Assembly (NCBI GenBank): GCA_051117555.1
Contig: JBNPEG010000006.1
Location: forward strand, 10,996-74,995
DNA from: Elainellaceae cyanobacterium
GTDB taxonomy: Bacteria; Cyanobacteriota; Cyanobacteriia; CAZCXK01
Direction: 5' to 3'
DNA length: 64,000 bases
In this document: piece by piece, positions 31,244 to 43,151 of the stretch
Layout of the letters: each line of letters begins with the position of its first letter
Position numbering within the stretch: position 1 is the stretch's first letter
Made by a program: the position numbers and the translations under genes
Notes under the pieces: model-generated
What the model was told of the DNA's origin: nothing
What the model saw: only the letters and a program-made list of their open reading frames with translations
Databases searched by the model: none

Positions 31244-33310
31244 AGTATTCCACTTGAGAAAATACGAAATATTGGGATCGCTGCCCATATCGATGCAGGC
31301 AAGACGACGACGACAGAGCGAATTTTGTTTTATTCTGGAGTCGTTCATAAGCTGGGCGAGGTGCATGAAGGGACAGCAGTTACCGATTGGATGGCGCAGG
31401 AGAGAGAGCGTGGAATTACGATTACTGCCGCCGCGATTAGCACAAATTGGAAAGATCATCGAATTAACATCATCGATACTCCTGGACACGTAGATTTCAC
31501 CATTGAGGTGGAGCGTTCCATGAGGGTACTAGACGGTGTCATTACTGTGTTGTGCTCTGTGGGCGGAGTCCAACCGCAGACTGAAACCGTTTGGCGTCAA
31601 GCTGACCGCTATAAAGTGCCTCGCATTGCGTTCGTTAACAAAATGGATCGCACAGGCGCTAACTTTTTCAGAGTTTATGATCAAGTTCGCGATCGCCTGC
31701 GAGCTAATGCCGTGCCGATTCAGCTTCCAATAGGCAGTGAAGATCAATTCAGCGGTGTTATAGACTTAGTGAGCATGAATGCTCGAATCTATAACGACGA
31801 TCTCGGCATGGATATGGTCGATACGGATATTCCCGATAGCGTTCGTGAATTAGCTGATGAGTATCGCTCAATTCTGATGGAAGCAGTTGCTGAAACCAGT
31901 GATAGGCTCACAGAAAAGTATTTAGAAGGTAAAGAATTTACCGAGGAAGAAATTCGATCAGCAGTTCGCAAGGCAACTATTGAAGGCAAAATGGTGCCGA
32001 TGCTCTGTGGTTCTGCCTTTAAGAATAAAGGCGTTCAGTTACTACTCGATACTGTCGTTGACTATCTGCCTGCACCTATTGAAGTTCCTCCCATCCAAGG
32101 AATGCTTTCCGATGGTTCAGTTGCAGTTCGCCATGCTTCTGATGAAGAGCCGCTTGCGGCGCTTGCATTCAAAATCATGGCGGATCAGTATGGTCGTTTG
32201 ACATTTCTTAGAGTTTACTCAGGAATTTTGGCAAAGGGTAGCTATGTTTACAACTCCAACAAAGACAAAAAAGAGAGGATTTCTAGGCTGATTGTTTTAA
32301 AGGCAGATGAGCGTACCGAGGTTGATGAGTTGCGTGCTGGTGATTTGGGTGCAGCGCTAGGCTTGAAGGACACGTTTACAGGGGATACTCTCTGTGATAG
32401 CGAATCGCCTGTAATTTTAGAGTCTCTATACATTCCAGAGCCTGTAATCTCTGTTGCAGTCGAGCCTAAAACGAAGCAAGATATGGAGAAGCTCTCTAAG
32501 GCTTTGCAATCTTTGTCTGATGAAGATCCAACATTTCGGGTGTCCATAGATCCTGAGACTAATCAGACGGTGATTGCCGGCATGGGTGAGCTTCATCTCG
32601 AAATTTTAGTAGACCGCATGCTGCGCGAGTTTAAAGTGGAAGCTAATATTGGTGCTCCACAGGTTGCTTATCGCGAGACAATTCGAAAACGGATAGCGAC
32701 TGAAGGGAAATTTATTAGACAAAGTGGTGGCAAGGGGCAATATGGTCACGTTGTCATTGAGGTGGAGCCTAGTGAACCCGGCAGTGGATTTGAATTTGTC
32801 TCTAAAATTGTTGGAGGGTCGATTCCAAAAGAATATATTTCACCTGCAGAGCAAGGAATGAAAGAAGCTTGCGAATCGGGGATTTTAGCGGGTTACCCGG
32901 TCATCGATCTAAAGGTAACTTTAATCGATGGTTCTTATCATGACGTTGACTCTTCGGAAATGGCTTTCAAGATTGCAGGATCTATGGCGATTAAGGATGC
33001 GGTGATTAAGGCTGCTCCCGTTTTGCTAGAGCCTATGATGAAAGTAGAGATAGAAGTCCCCGAAGATTTTCTGGGTGATGTGATAGGCGACCTAAATTCT
33101 CGTCGTGGTCAAATTGAGGGTATGGGATCAGATGAAGGCATTGCTAAAATCTCTTCCAAGGTGCCTTTGGCCGAAATGTTCGGATATGCTACTGATATCC
33201 GATCTAAAACGCAAGGTCGGGGCATATTCTCCATGGAGTTTAGCAACTATGATGAGGTGCCTCGCAATGTTGCTGAGGCAGTCATCGCTAAAAGTAAAGG
33301 GAACGCATAG
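31244..33310 (+). CDS. fusA: elongation factor G
   Basis: GTG start giving (M)[30 protein letters not shown], preceded by aaggagg at -8. The ORF-track ATG at 31208 adds 12 non-conserved residues. G1-G5 GTPase motifs and EF-G domains IV/V present. Confidence 0.97.
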   Translation, partial: SIPLEKIRNIGIAAHIDAGKTTTTERILFYSGVVHKLGEVHEGTAVTDWMAQERERGITITAAAISTNWKDHRINIIDTPGHVDFTIEVERSMRVLDGVITVLCSVGGVQPQTETVWRQADRYKVPRIAFVNKMDRTGANFFRVYDQVRDRLRANAVPIQLPIGSEDQFSGVIDLVSMNARIYNDDLGMDMVDTDIPDSVRELADEYRSILMEAVAETSDRLTEKYLEGKEFTEEEIRSAVRKATIEGKMVPMLCGSAFKNKGVQLLLDTVVDYLPAPIEVPPIQGMLSDGSVAVRHASDEEPLAALAFKIMADQYGRLTFLRVYSGILAKGSYVYNSNKDKKERISRLIVLKADERTEVDELRAGDLGAALGLKDTFTGDTLCDSESPVILESLYIPEPVISVAVEPKTKQDMEKLSKALQSLSDEDPTFRVSIDPETNQTVIAGMGELHLEILVDRMLREFKVEANIGAPQVAYRETIRKRIATEGKFIRQSGGKGQYGHVVIEVEPSEPGSGFEFVSKIVGGSIPKEYISPAEQGMKEACESGILAGYPVIDLKVTLIDGSYHDVDSSEMAFKIAGSMAIKDAVIKAAPVLLEPMMKVEIEVPEDFLGDVIGDLNSRRGQIEGMGSDEGIAKISSKVPLAEMFGYATDIRSKTQGRGIFSMEFSNYDEVPRNVAEAVIAKSKGNA

Positions 33311-33344
33311 TCAATAAAGAGTCAGAGAGAGGAAGACGTAACTC

Positions 33345-34574
33345 ATGGCACGCGCAAAGTTCGAACGGAATAAACCTCACGTAAATATCGGTACCATCGG
33401 TCACGTTGACCATGGCAAAACCACGCTCACAGCTGCAATTACCATGGCTTTAGCCGTTACCGGGGGCGGTAAGGCTCGGAAGTATGATGAAATCGATGCA
33501 GCTCCTGAGGAAAAAGCCCGGGGAATTACTATCAATACGGCTCACGTTGAGTATCAGACTGCAAATCGTCACTATGCTCACGTAGATTGCCCAGGTCACG
33601 CTGACTATGTGAAGAATATGATCACTGGTGCGGCTCAGATGGATGGAGCGATCTTAGTCGTATCTGCGGCAGATGGTCCTATGCCACAAACGCGGGAGCA
33701 TATTCTTCTTGCGAAGCAGGTCGGAGTTCCTAACATCGTGGCCTTCCTCAATAAGCAGGATCAAGTCGATGATGAAGAGCTTTTGGAGCTTGTCGAACTT
33801 GAGGTTAGAGAGCTCTTAAGTTCTTACGATTTTCCTGGTGACGATATTCCAATCGTTTCTGGCTCTGCTCTCCTAGCGCTAGAAGCATTAACTGAGAATC
33901 CGAGCCTTAACAAGGGAGATAACGAGTGGGTTGATAAAGTCCTCGCTCTGATGGATAGAGTTGATGAATATATTCCGACACCTGAGCGGGATATTGATAA
34001 GCCCTTCTTGATGGCTGTGGAAGACGTTTTCTCAATTACTGGTCGTGGAACAGTTGCGACTGGACGGATTGAAAGGGGCAAGGTTAAGGTCGGAGAAACT
34101 GTCGAGCTAGTAGGTTTGAAAGATACTCGCAGCACCACTGTAACTGGCGTTGAGATGTTTCAGAAAACTCTCGATGAGGGAATGGCTGGAGATAACGTCG
34201 GTGTGCTGTTGCGAGGTATCCAGAAAGAGGATATTGAGCGAGGCATGGTTTTAGCTAAGCCTGGTTCTATCACTCCCCATACTAAGTTTGAGTCTGAGGT
34301 TTACGTCCTTAAGAAAGAAGAAGGTGGACGTCATACTCCCTTCTTTCCTGGTTATCGTCCTCAATTTTATGTGCGGACTACCGACGTAACAGGAACAATC
34401 GATGCCTTTACAGCAGATGATGGTTCTGAAGCTGAAATGGTGATGCCTGGCGATCGCGTTAAGATGACTGTTGAATTGATTAACCCTATTGCAATTGAGC
34501 AAGGAATGCGGTTTGCAATTCGCGAGGGTGGTCGTACGGTTGGTGCTGGAGTCGTCTCCAAAATCCTTAAGTAG
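33345..34574 (+). CDS. tuf: elongation factor Tu
   Basis: [33 protein letters not shown]...; 409 aa; canonical EF-Tu. Confidence 0.98.
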   Translation: MARAKFERNKPHVNIGTIGHVDHGKTTLTAAITMALAVTGGGKARKYDEIDAAPEEKARGITINTAHVEYQTANRHYAHVDCPGHADYVKNMITGAAQMDGAILVVSAADGPMPQTREHILLAKQVGVPNIVAFLNKQDQVDDEELLELVELEVRELLSSYDFPGDDIPIVSGSALLALEALTENPSLNKGDNEWVDKVLALMDRVDEYIPTPERDIDKPFLMAVEDVFSITGRGTVATGRIERGKVKVGETVELVGLKDTRSTTVTGVEMFQKTLDEGMAGDNVGVLLRGIQKEDIERGMVLAKPGSITPHTKFESEVYVLKKEEGGRHTPFFPGYRPQFYVRTTDVTGTIDAFTADDGSEAEMVMPGDRVKMTVELINPIAIEQGMRFAIREGGRTVGAGVVSKILK

Positions 34575-34691
34575 AGATTATCCGAACTTTGTTTACAGGC
34601 TATCAGCTCCTTCTTATGAGAGGGCAGTTGATAGCCTTATATTCTCCGAACCTAGACAACAAAATTTGAAGTAACTAACTGGATAGGCAGT

Positions 34692-35012
34692 TTGATGGCA
34701 ACGATTCAGCAGCAGAAAATTCGAATCCGCTTGAAAGCATTTGATCGAAGTTTACTTGACACATCCTGTGAAAAGATTGTAGACACCGCTAATCGAACCA
34801 ACGCAACGGCAATTGGTCCAATTCCGCTTCCGACAAAGCGCAGAATTTATTGTGTATTGCGATCGCCTCATGTCGATAAAGACTCTCGTGAGCATTTCGA
34901 GACGAGGACTCATCGACGGATCATTGATATTTATCAACCTTCATCGAAAACAATTGATGCACTCATGAAGTTAGATCTTCCTGCAGGTGTAGATATCGAG
35001 GTTAAGCTCTAG
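34692..35012 (+). CDS. rpsJ: 30S ribosomal protein S10
   Basis: [22 protein letters not shown]...; 106 aa. Follows tuf as in the cyanobacterial str operon. Confidence 0.95.
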   Translation: MMATIQQQKIRIRLKAFDRSLLDTSCEKIVDTANRTNATAIGPIPLPTKRRIYCVLRSPHVDKDSREHFETRTHRRIIDIYQPSSKTIDALMKLDLPAGVDIEVKL

Positions 35013-35351
35013 CATTCCGTACTGTACGGCATCATTTTATCTGGCTAGAGAACAATCTGAAGAGGGGGTGCTCCCTCATTCTTGCTGCTGCATTTGGCTT
35101 TCTTGAATCGCAGTTGCCAGGCTAGTTAACTAGTAGGTATCTGCGATTCACGGTTCTAACGCATATATCATTGCCCTTGACTATTGTCTTGTTAGGTCGG
35201 GTGTCGTATCTACACGTTTTGGATAGGATATCCACCTTAGATTCAAGGCGGTAGGAATGCATCAATGAATGATGTTGTTTCAGACTAAAGTCTGCTGCTG
35301 AAGCGTGCGTTCGACAGGTAATCTAGAGAAGAGAGCTGCAAAATCTTACGA

Positions 35352-35708
35352 TTGAGTCATAGGAAACTTGATATGGTACGTAGCGTTTCTCCGATTACAG
35401 ATGCACAGTTTGATTCAGAAGTCTTGGGATCAGACGAGCCCGTTGTTGTATATTTTTGGGCTCCGTGGTGCGGTCCATGTCGTCTGATGAGCCCCATTAT
35501 GGACTGGGTCGCAGAGACATACCCCCATGTAAAGGTTGTCAAAATGGAAGTCGATCCCAATCCTGATGCAGTTTCGAAATGCAATATCCAGGGAGTTCCA
35601 GCCTTGGCAATGTTTCGAGATGGACAATCCGTTCAGTCTGTTGAAGGTGCTGTCAGCAAATCCCAACTGACTAGTCTCTTAGAAATGCATTTATCTCCAG
35701 CGACCTAG
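35352..35708 (+). CDS. trxA: thioredoxin
   Basis: WAPWCGPCR active site. Length 118 aa. Confidence 0.9.
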   Translation: MSHRKLDMVRSVSPITDAQFDSEVLGSDEPVVVYFWAPWCGPCRLMSPIMDWVAETYPHVKVVKMEVDPNPDAVSKCNIQGVPALAMFRDGQSVQSVEGAVSKSQLTSLLEMHLSPAT

Positions 35709-35773
35709 GATAGTGAAAGATGTAGGTCTGAGTTATCAGACATCGGTGCAATTCGAACGGGATAGATAATATT

Positions 35774-36949
35774 ATGCGATTTGCAAATCGTACAGAATCT
35801 TTTAAAGCTAATGTTTTTGCGGACATGGATCACGCAAAAGCAAGGGCAAAATCGGCAGGGCGGCATTTAATTGATCTTTCGCTGGGATCATCAGATTTGC
35901 CTGCGGCGCCTCATGTGTTGGAAACTATCGCTCAGTCATTGCAGGATCGCAGCACTCACGGATATCTACTATTCCATGGGACTCGGTCTTTCCGGGATGC
36001 AGCTGCTCAATGGTATACGCAGCGTTTTGGCGTTTCGGTCGATCCAGACACTGAGGTGTTGGCACTCATTGGTTGTCAGGAAGGAACGGCTCATCTGCCG
36101 CTTGCTATCTTAAATCCTGGGGATTTTGCTTTATTACAAGACCCGGGATATCCGTCCCATGCAGGAGGAGTTTATCTTGCCAGCGGACAAGTCTACGCAA
36201 TGCCATCAGAGGAAAAAAACGGGTTTCTCCCGATTTTTGAAGATATTCCGCCCCCTGTGCTTGCTCAGGCTCGCATGATGGTCTTAAGCTATCCGCATAA
36301 TCCAACAACGGCGATCGCGCCACTGTCTTTTTTCCAAAAGGCGGTCAGCTTTTGTCAAGACCATGACCTAGCCTTAGTTCACGATTTTCCGTATGCTGAT
36401 GTAGTGTTTGACGGGACAATTGCTCCGTCCGTGTTGCAGGCGGATCGGAATAAGACCGTATCAATCGAATTTTTTACCATGTCAAAGTCATACAACATGG
36501 GGGGCTTTCGAGTAGGCTATGCCATTGGGAATGCAGAGCTTATTCAAGCATTGCGGCGTGTTAAGGCATTGATTGACTTTAACCAATATCGAGGCATTTT
36601 GAACGGGGCGATCGCCGCGTTGACAGGGCCTCAAGAGCCCGTTAGACAAACGATTGACACATTCCGCCAGCGCCGAGATGCATTTGTGCAAGCCCTTCAC
36701 CACATTGGATGGGACGTGCCGATTCCATCTGCGACTATGTATGTGTGGGCGAAATTACCGACCCCTTGGAGAAACGATTCCATGGGATTTTGTACTCAAT
36801 TAGTTGAGTCAACCGGAGTAGCCGCATCGCCAGGAGCCGGTTTCGGGAAATCGGGGGAGGGATATGTGCGATTCGCTCTCGTCCATGATCCGTCAACTCT
36901 TGAAACAGCTGTTAAGCGAATTGCCCAGTTTCTCTCTCAAGAAAGTTGA
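35774..36949 (+). CDS. PLP-dependent aminotransferase, class I/II fold (AAT/DapL-like)
   Basis: SKSYNMGGFRVGYAIGN lysine-PLP region. Length 391 aa. Confidence 0.75.
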   Translation: MRFANRTESFKANVFADMDHAKARAKSAGRHLIDLSLGSSDLPAAPHVLETIAQSLQDRSTHGYLLFHGTRSFRDAAAQWYTQRFGVSVDPDTEVLALIGCQEGTAHLPLAILNPGDFALLQDPGYPSHAGGVYLASGQVYAMPSEEKNGFLPIFEDIPPPVLAQARMMVLSYPHNPTTAIAPLSFFQKAVSFCQDHDLALVHDFPYADVVFDGTIAPSVLQADRNKTVSIEFFTMSKSYNMGGFRVGYAIGNAELIQALRRVKALIDFNQYRGILNGAIAALTGPQEPVRQTIDTFRQRRDAFVQALHHIGWDVPIPSATMYVWAKLPTPWRNDSMGFCTQLVESTGVAASPGAGFGKSGEGYVRFALVHDPSTLETAVKRIAQFLSQES

Positions 36950-37059
36950 GCTAAAGTTAAGCTGTTTTTTCTCATAGACAACTTTTTGCGTCGATTTTTC
37001 TCTGCATAGCGATTTGCGCGTCAACACCAGAAATAGGGGTAGGGTCACGCTGTGACCTT

Positions 37060-38769
37060 CTAAAAATTTTGAGCGTATTTTCTTTCGAAAAAAGTCTCAC
37101 TGACTCTACACCCCAATGCTGATATCAATAAGACAGGTGTGAGCCAGTTTCCGAACCGGATATAAGGTGTTTGAGTTTGGCGACGATAAATCGTATCGGA
37201 ATGGAATTCGTAGGTGTTGATGTCCGATCGCCATAGTGTTCGTCCATGGGCATCAACGAACGCGGAGTAGCCTGTATTAGTTGCTCGGGCTGCCCATCGA
37301 TCGGTTTCAATAGACCGCATAACATCTTGAGCGTGATGTTGAGAGGGCATCGCAGCACTGTAATGAGCATTATTCGATGCTGTGATGATAAATTCTCCCC
37401 CTGCTGCTGCTTGTTGGCGGAAATGATCTGGATAGGCAGATTCGTAGCAAATGGCTGCGATCGCTCGACCAAACGGAGTATCAACGTGCTGATCAAGCGC
37501 ACCGGGCACAAGATGGGCATCGAGCGGCGAAAGGCGATTGACTAACCTTCCAATCCATCGCTGCAACGGAATATACTCTCCAAGCGGTACCAGGCGGACT
37601 TTTCGATACTCATTGATGGTTTCCCCCTTTCCTGTAATCGTAAACAAGCTATTAGTGATTGAGTTGCCTTCCCTGCCAAATGCCCCAAGCCATACGGGGA
37701 CTTCTCGATCTAGAATGGCTCGAAAGAAGGATGATTGAGCGGGCGTTTGGTCAGTCCATATAGTGGGGAGAGCGGTTTCTGGAGTCAATACAGCATCCAC
37801 TCCTTGTTCAGCAAGTTGCAGATAGCCAGTGGTATATCCTTCAATTGCTCGTCTCCAGCCTTCGTCGTAAAGCTTAATAGTGTTGGGGATATTGCCCTGA
37901 ATCACTCCAACTTTTAATGCATCCTGGGGAGAGAGGGAAAGCGGTTGACTATATAGAACAAACCCTAACCCATGACATGCTGCAAATAGTAAGAGCGCGA
38001 TCGCCCAATAACGCTTGCCTCGTTGAGATTGGGGTGTCTTACGAAGGGGTGAGGTGCGAGTGAATCGGCTGCTGAGCCAGGCTTCAGCGAGAAGCCCATT
38101 GACCGCAACAAGCGCAGCGCTCACGGCTAGAGGACCAGACAGTCGCCCCACATGTAAGATAATTAGATTGGTTGGACTTTGGGTATATGCAAATGTTGAC
38201 CAATTCAGAGGACCCAATAGCCACAAGGCTTCTAAGCCACACCAAAGCGCCGCACCCACCAAGACTCGGCGTAGCGGAGATGAGGTCGGTTTGAGCAACC
38301 GCATTGATTTAAATCGAATAGTGCTGGCACATAGAAGCTGAAACAGACCTGCCCACAATCCGACTAAAATTGCTCCCCATGCGGTAATAAATATCCAGCA
38401 AAATAGGGCGATCGCCAAACTAGCAAGCCAGGGAACCCCCATCCATGTCATAGGATGAACCCCTGTAATCCAAAATATGGCAAGACCGTGATAGCCGGCC
38501 CCCCAGGCTAATCCTAAAAGTACGGGAAAAGAGGAGTAGAACCGTCGATCTGAGTATCGGGGATCACCTGCCTGCTGTGATTTAGAATACTTAGTTACGA
38601 GTACCCATAACGGCACTAGAGCAACCCAAGCAAGCATCCAAAGATTGGTTGGCGCCGGGGACAACCCGGCGCCCAAACCACCCAGTAGCGCAATCAAAAT
38701 CGACACCGGGCGATCGCCTAGGCGAAAGCGTTTCTGAATATGGAAAATCAAGGATTGAACCATTACCAC
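37060..38769 (-). CDS. lnt: apolipoprotein N-acyltransferase
   Basis: N-terminal polytopic membrane domain. C-terminal carbon-nitrogen hydrolase domain with catalytic Cys in ICYESAYPD. Confidence 0.8.
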   Translation of the reverse strand: MVMVQSLIFHIQKRFRLGDRPVSILIALLGGLGAGLSPAPTNLWMLAWVALVPLWVLVTKYSKSQQAGDPRYSDRRFYSSFPVLLGLAWGAGYHGLAIFWITGVHPMTWMGVPWLASLAIALFCWIFITAWGAILVGLWAGLFQLLCASTIRFKSMRLLKPTSSPLRRVLVGAALWCGLEALWLLGPLNWSTFAYTQSPTNLIILHVGRLSGPLAVSAALVAVNGLLAEAWLSSRFTRTSPLRKTPQSQRGKRYWAIALLLFAACHGLGFVLYSQPLSLSPQDALKVGVIQGNIPNTIKLYDEGWRRAIEGYTTGYLQLAEQGVDAVLTPETALPTIWTDQTPAQSSFFRAILDREVPVWLGAFGREGNSITNSLFTITGKGETINEYRKVRLVPLGEYIPLQRWIGRLVNRLSPLDAHLVPGALDQHVDTPFGRAIAAICYESAYPDHFRQQAAAGGEFIITASNNAHYSAAMPSQHHAQDVMRSIETDRWAARATNTGYSAFVDAHGRTLWRSDINTYEFHSDTIYRRQTQTPYIRFGNWLTPVLLISALGCRVSETFFERKYAQNF

Positions 38770-38787
38770 CCGATGCCCATACTTCTT

Positions 38788-38817
38788 TTAGATACCTTTA
38801 GATACCTTTAGATACCC
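38788..38817. repeat. 10-bp tandem repeat x3 (tttagatacc) in the lnt-gyrA spacer, abutting a gatacc/ggtatc hairpin
   Basis: Read directly: tttagatacctttagatacctttagataccccaggtatc. Confidence 0.7.
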
Positions 38818-38830
38818 CAGGTATCAACAC

Positions 38831-41467
38831 CTATTCTTCAATATGCTCTGGCGCTTCGCTAGCCTCACTCAACGCGTCTTCGTCAGACTCATCGGCTTCT
38901 TCGCCAGCTTCGGCAGTTCCTTCTGCTTCAGGTGGCACAAGTGCTACGGCAACAATGGCATCATCTTCATCTAATCGTTGGACATGAACCCCCGTTGCCA
39001 TGCGAGATTGGCACGAGATTGCATTGACCGATTGACGAATAATAATCCCTCGGCTGGTCACCAAAATCATTTCGTCATTCTCACCAACGATTTGCAGCGC
39101 GGCAAGCTGATCATTGGGCTTACGAAATTTAATCGCACGTAGTCCCATACCTGCTCGATTTTGCAACCGGAAATTAGCCACAGGGACCCGCTTCCCTAAT
39201 CCCGCTGTCGTGATCACCAGAACCCACGGGCCTTGACCTTGTTCCCGTGTCGGACACTCAGAGTCTGATTCGTCAGACTCATCATCTACGATGTCGTCAG
39301 GAGTATTAACCACCAAACTCTCAACCAATTGCCCAGGTAAAATATCCATGCTGATCAGCTCATCGCCGCTGCGAAGTGACATAGATTTTACCCCACGAGT
39401 TGGGCGACTCAATGGACGAAGCTGGTCATGATCGGCTCGAAAATGAATCGTCATTCCTTGGCGGGTGCCGATGATGATGCTGTCTTCTGCACGAGCGCGG
39501 CGCACCCATCGGAGCTGATCGCCTTCTTCCAAGGAAATTGCAATTAAGCCGTTTGCACGAATATTACTAAATGCTGAAAGCTCTGTTTTCTTGATATAAC
39601 CGCCCTGAGTCAGCATTACGAGATATTCGTCGTCCGTAAATTCGGTGACTGGCACAATCGACGTGATTTTCTCTTCCCTGGAGATAGGTAGCATTTGGAC
39701 AATTGGGATACCACGAGACGTTCGAGACCCGGTCGGTATTTGGTACGCCTTCACGCAATAGGCAACGCCGCGATCGCTAAAAAAGAGAACACTGTCATGG
39801 TCAAAGCAACTTAGGAAATGCTCGACCCCATCATCATCTTTCATTCGAGTGCCAGATTTGCCGCGCGTAGCTCGATTTTGAGCCTCAAACGTGCTAACCG
39901 GCATTCGTTTGATATAGCCCTGTTCTGTTAGAAGGATGATGGCTTGCTCGTTGGCAATCAAGTCTATATCTTCAAGCTCACCTTCGATATGCTCGATGAC
40001 AGTCATGCGAGGCGTCGCATGCTTCGTTCGAAGCTCAGTAATTTCTGTTTCGATAATTTCAAGGACTCGTTCTCGACGCGCCAGAATGTCTCTCAGATCA
40101 GCAATTCGAAATTGTAAATCCTCATGTTCTTGCTGAATTTTTTCAGCCTCAAGTGCAGTCAATCGACGAAGCTGCATTTGAAGGATGGCATCAGCTTGCG
40201 TTTCGGAGAGTTCGTAGGAATCAACGAGTTGCTGCCGAGCTGTGGGGGTATCGGCGGCTCGACGAATGAGCTCAATAATTGAGTCAAGATTTGCTAACGC
40301 AACCAGTAAGCCTTGCAGAAGATGATCTCGTTCTTCGGCTTTACGGAGTTGATATTGAGTCCGCCGGATGATCGTTTCAATTCGGAAGTCTAGAAAGACT
40401 TGAAGCAAATCCCGAATGCCCAGGATCTGAGGCTCTCCATTAACAAGAGACAACATATTAACCCCAAAGTTGCATTGGAGCGGAGTCTGCTTGTAGAGGT
40501 TGTTGAGCACCACACGCGGATAGGCATCACGCTTGAGCTCAATGACAATGCGCATTCCATGGCGATCGCTCTCATCTCGAATATCGGCAATGCCATCTAG
40601 ACGACGATCATTGACCATCTCAGCAATTTTCTCAATGAGAGCTGCCTTGTTGGTTTGATAGGGAAGTTCTGTGATGATAATGGCTTCACGACTCGGGCGC
40701 CCGCGCGACTCAACGGTTTCAATAGTGGCTACACCCCGCATGGTGATTGACCCACGCCCTGTTGCGTATGCATCTCGAATCCCGCTCGTCCCCAGAATTT
40801 GTCCCCCTGTGGGGAAATCAGGACCTGGAATATATTGCAACAACTCTCGCCCCGTCAATTCAGGGTTATGGATCAGCGCAACTAACCCATCAATCAGCTC
40901 GCCCAGATTATGAGGCGGAATATTCGTCGCCATTCCTACCGCAATGCCAGAAGACCCATTGAGTAAAAGTTGGGGTATGCGAGACGGGAGCACAATGGGT
41001 TCTTGTTGCGAACCATCAAAATTGTCCGCAAAATCAACTGTTTCTGCTTCTATGTCTTGAAGAAGCGCATCTGTAGTAAGAGATTGCAGGCGACACTCTG
41101 TGTATCGCATTGCTGCGGGTGGATCATTATCGACTGACCCAAAGTTGCCATGCCCATTGATAAGAGGAGCCCGCATTGAAAAGTTTTGCGCCATTCGCAC
41201 AAGGGCGTCATAAACCGCAGTGTCTCCGTGGGGATGATATTTACCCAGCACCTCCCCGACAACACGGGCGCATTTTCGAAATGGGCGATCTGCGCTCAAA
41301 CCCAATTCGTGCATAGCGTAAAGAATACGGCGATGAACAGGTTTTAGACCATCCCTGGCATCTGGTAATGCTCGACCTACGATGACGCTCATCGCATATT
41401 CGAGATAAGACCGAGACATCTCGTTACGCAGATCGGTCGGGATAATCCGCTCCTGAGGAGTGCTCAT
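38831..41467 (-). CDS. gyrA: DNA gyrase subunit A
   Basis: N-terminus [46 protein letters not shown] with active-site Tyr region. C-terminal beta-pinwheel repeats and acidic tail. Length 878 aa. Confidence 0.97.
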   Translation of the reverse strand: MSTPQERIIPTDLRNEMSRSYLEYAMSVIVGRALPDARDGLKPVHRRILYAMHELGLSADRPFRKCARVVGEVLGKYHPHGDTAVYDALVRMAQNFSMRAPLINGHGNFGSVDNDPPAAMRYTECRLQSLTTDALLQDIEAETVDFADNFDGSQQEPIVLPSRIPQLLLNGSSGIAVGMATNIPPHNLGELIDGLVALIHNPELTGRELLQYIPGPDFPTGGQILGTSGIRDAYATGRGSITMRGVATIETVESRGRPSREAIIITELPYQTNKAALIEKIAEMVNDRRLDGIADIRDESDRHGMRIVIELKRDAYPRVVLNNLYKQTPLQCNFGVNMLSLVNGEPQILGIRDLLQVFLDFRIETIIRRTQYQLRKAEERDHLLQGLLVALANLDSIIELIRRAADTPTARQQLVDSYELSETQADAILQMQLRRLTALEAEKIQQEHEDLQFRIADLRDILARRERVLEIIETEITELRTKHATPRMTVIEHIEGELEDIDLIANEQAIILLTEQGYIKRMPVSTFEAQNRATRGKSGTRMKDDDGVEHFLSCFDHDSVLFFSDRGVAYCVKAYQIPTGSRTSRGIPIVQMLPISREEKITSIVPVTEFTDDEYLVMLTQGGYIKKTELSAFSNIRANGLIAISLEEGDQLRWVRRARAEDSIIIGTRQGMTIHFRADHDQLRPLSRPTRGVKSMSLRSGDELISMDILPGQLVESLVVNTPDDIVDDESDESDSECPTREQGQGPWVLVITTAGLGKRVPVANFRLQNRAGMGLRAIKFRKPNDQLAALQIVGENDEMILVTSRGIIIRQSVNAISCQSRMATGVHVQRLDEDDAIVAVALVPPEAEGTAEAGEEADESDEDALSEASEAPEHIEE

Positions 41468-41838
41468 ACCTTAAAAGACTCCGAATAATCTCGCTTTCAA
41501 AAAATCAAGCCTGGAACAGCACAGCATGAATAAACTCTTAAAAACATCTGAAGCTGTTACACAAGCGCCTTGGATAAAGATTTAACTCTTGAATTTTAGC
41601 ATAATTTCCCGATGTTTTGCCTTGCTAAACTCTGTCTGTAGACCGCTTGAGTTTTCGAGAAAACAAATTGGATATTTGGTTTAAATTCGTTATCGAAAGC
41701 CGAGGATTTTGAATAATTTTTTTGGGTTGAGTTTGTAAACTCTAAAATCCTTAATTGGAAGATTGAGAAATGCATTTAAAGTGAACCAGGACAAAGCTTT
41801 TCTAAGTCAATACCCAAGGATTAACCAACCTTTAATAG

Positions 41839-41887
41839 ATATTGTGAACTCGTTCTAAAAGAATCTTTTAGAACGAGTTCACAATAT
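41839..41887. repeat. perfect 49-bp palindrome (23-bp arms, 3-nt spacer)
   Basis: atattgtgaactcgttctaaaag-aat-cttttagaacgagttcacaatat has exact inverted symmetry. Confidence 0.85.
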
Positions 41888-42099
41888 GCACTAAAAACAG
41901 AATTCAGATATGCATCAGCAATCTAATTGTGAGCGATAGGGCTACCAAATCATTCATGAAATGGAAGTGCGGGAAGCTTGCCTGCCTTAGCAAAGCCTTT
42001 CCGTCAGGAGGAGTAAAATACTAATGCTATGCATTGAAAAGCGTTGGCGTAGCCTTGCCACAGGCAAAACGCACTAGTACAAGACAGCGGAAGTTTCAT

Positions 42100-42270
42100 A
42101 ACCATAGTGTGAGCGTCTCGCTCACATCGCGGGCAAAATGCTCGCACTCTTATAGGGTTGGCTTATTTTTGCCAAACAGTACTAGAGATTTTCACACATC
42201 ATTGGGATTGCCACATTAAATTCGACAAGAATAGGCTTGCCGAAATTCACAAGCAATTTAGGACCGCTAT
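42100..42270. repeat. degenerate copy of the foldback/MITE-like family (copy B)
   Basis: Starts gtgtgagcgtctcgctcaca (hairpin). Ends attcacaagcaatttaggaccgctatat, matching the tail of copies A and C. Confidence 0.35.
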
Positions 42271-42779
42271 ATCTTAGCTAATTGACTCAAGAAAATTTAA
42301 CAGATGCAGTTTGAAGGAGTGCGTTCGGCATATGAGATAAAACATTTATATGAAGTAAAAAGTAAGAAAAATTAGAAATTAATAGGACGATCCCGAACTG
42401 TTCTAAAATAGGAGTGCAGACCTGGCCACGTTAGCAAAACCTTTCTGCTAAGAGAAATAAGACGCCAATACTATGCATCGCTTGAGCGATCGCACTAGAG
42501 ATTCAGACAATTCATTTGGGGTGGCTTCCTAATCCACTAAGCACCCATTTCTTCGTAGAAATAAGCTAAGAAACATGGATTAAATAGTCTGTTAAATTGT
42601 CATATTTTCAGGAGCACAGCATGACGTGCTCTTACCCAGGAAAATCTTATATTAATAAATTTTCATTCTCAAGTTCGTAAATCAGACACTTAAGCGGCGA
42701 TAAGTTTTGAGTGTATTAAAGATTTTTAGAGTGTCATTCTAGGCAAAATCAACCCACCCGAAAATTTTTCCTGCTCTAC

Positions 42780-43151
42780 TTAAGACTTTTGCCAAACGAC
42801 AAGCAATACACCACACACGATGAACCCTAATCCAACGAGCCGCATCGGTGGAATCGACTCTCGAAACACAAAATAACCGACGACAACAGAAAGGACGTAA
42901 CTCAAGGCGACAGATGGCCCAATGACGCTGAGTTTAACGCGCGTTAGCAGGAGAATATAGGTGATGGCACTTAATCCGTAAAACGCTAATCCTCCAAGCA
43001 ATTCGGGGGTGGTAATGATGCTCAACGCATGGTCAATCATGTTTTCGGGAGTCACCCTGCCAAGTTTTAAGGCTCCCAACTTCAAAAAAAACTGACCCGT
43101 AACTGCAATGAGCAGCGATATTACGAAGACGCCAAACTCGATGGGAGTCAC
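42780..43151 (-). CDS. small four-TM transporter, SMR/EamA-like (ArnE/ArnF-like fold)
   Basis: 123 aa with four hydrophobic helices. Overall pattern resembles the DMT-superfamily small subunit. Confidence 0.45.
   Translation of the reverse strand: MTPIEFGVFVISLLIAVTGQFFLKLGALKLGRVTPENMIDHALSIITTPELLGGLAFYGLSAITYILLLTRVKLSVIGPSVALSYVLSVVVGYFVFRESIPPMRLVGLGFIVCGVLLVVWQKS

Noticed and set aside
42034-42219. 61-aa ORF in the gyrA-downstream spacer
   Set aside because: It spans the degenerate foldback repeat and the duplicated unit. It has no RBS and its composition is unlike that of the neighbouring genes.
41468-42779. Known housekeeping ncRNAs (rnpB, tmRNA, SRP RNA, Yfr1) in the long spacer
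   Set aside because: I looked for their conserved cores (aagtccgggctcc, the tmRNA tag-reading frame, the SRP aggaagcagc domain, the Yfr1 actcctcacac) and found none. The search was by eye only.
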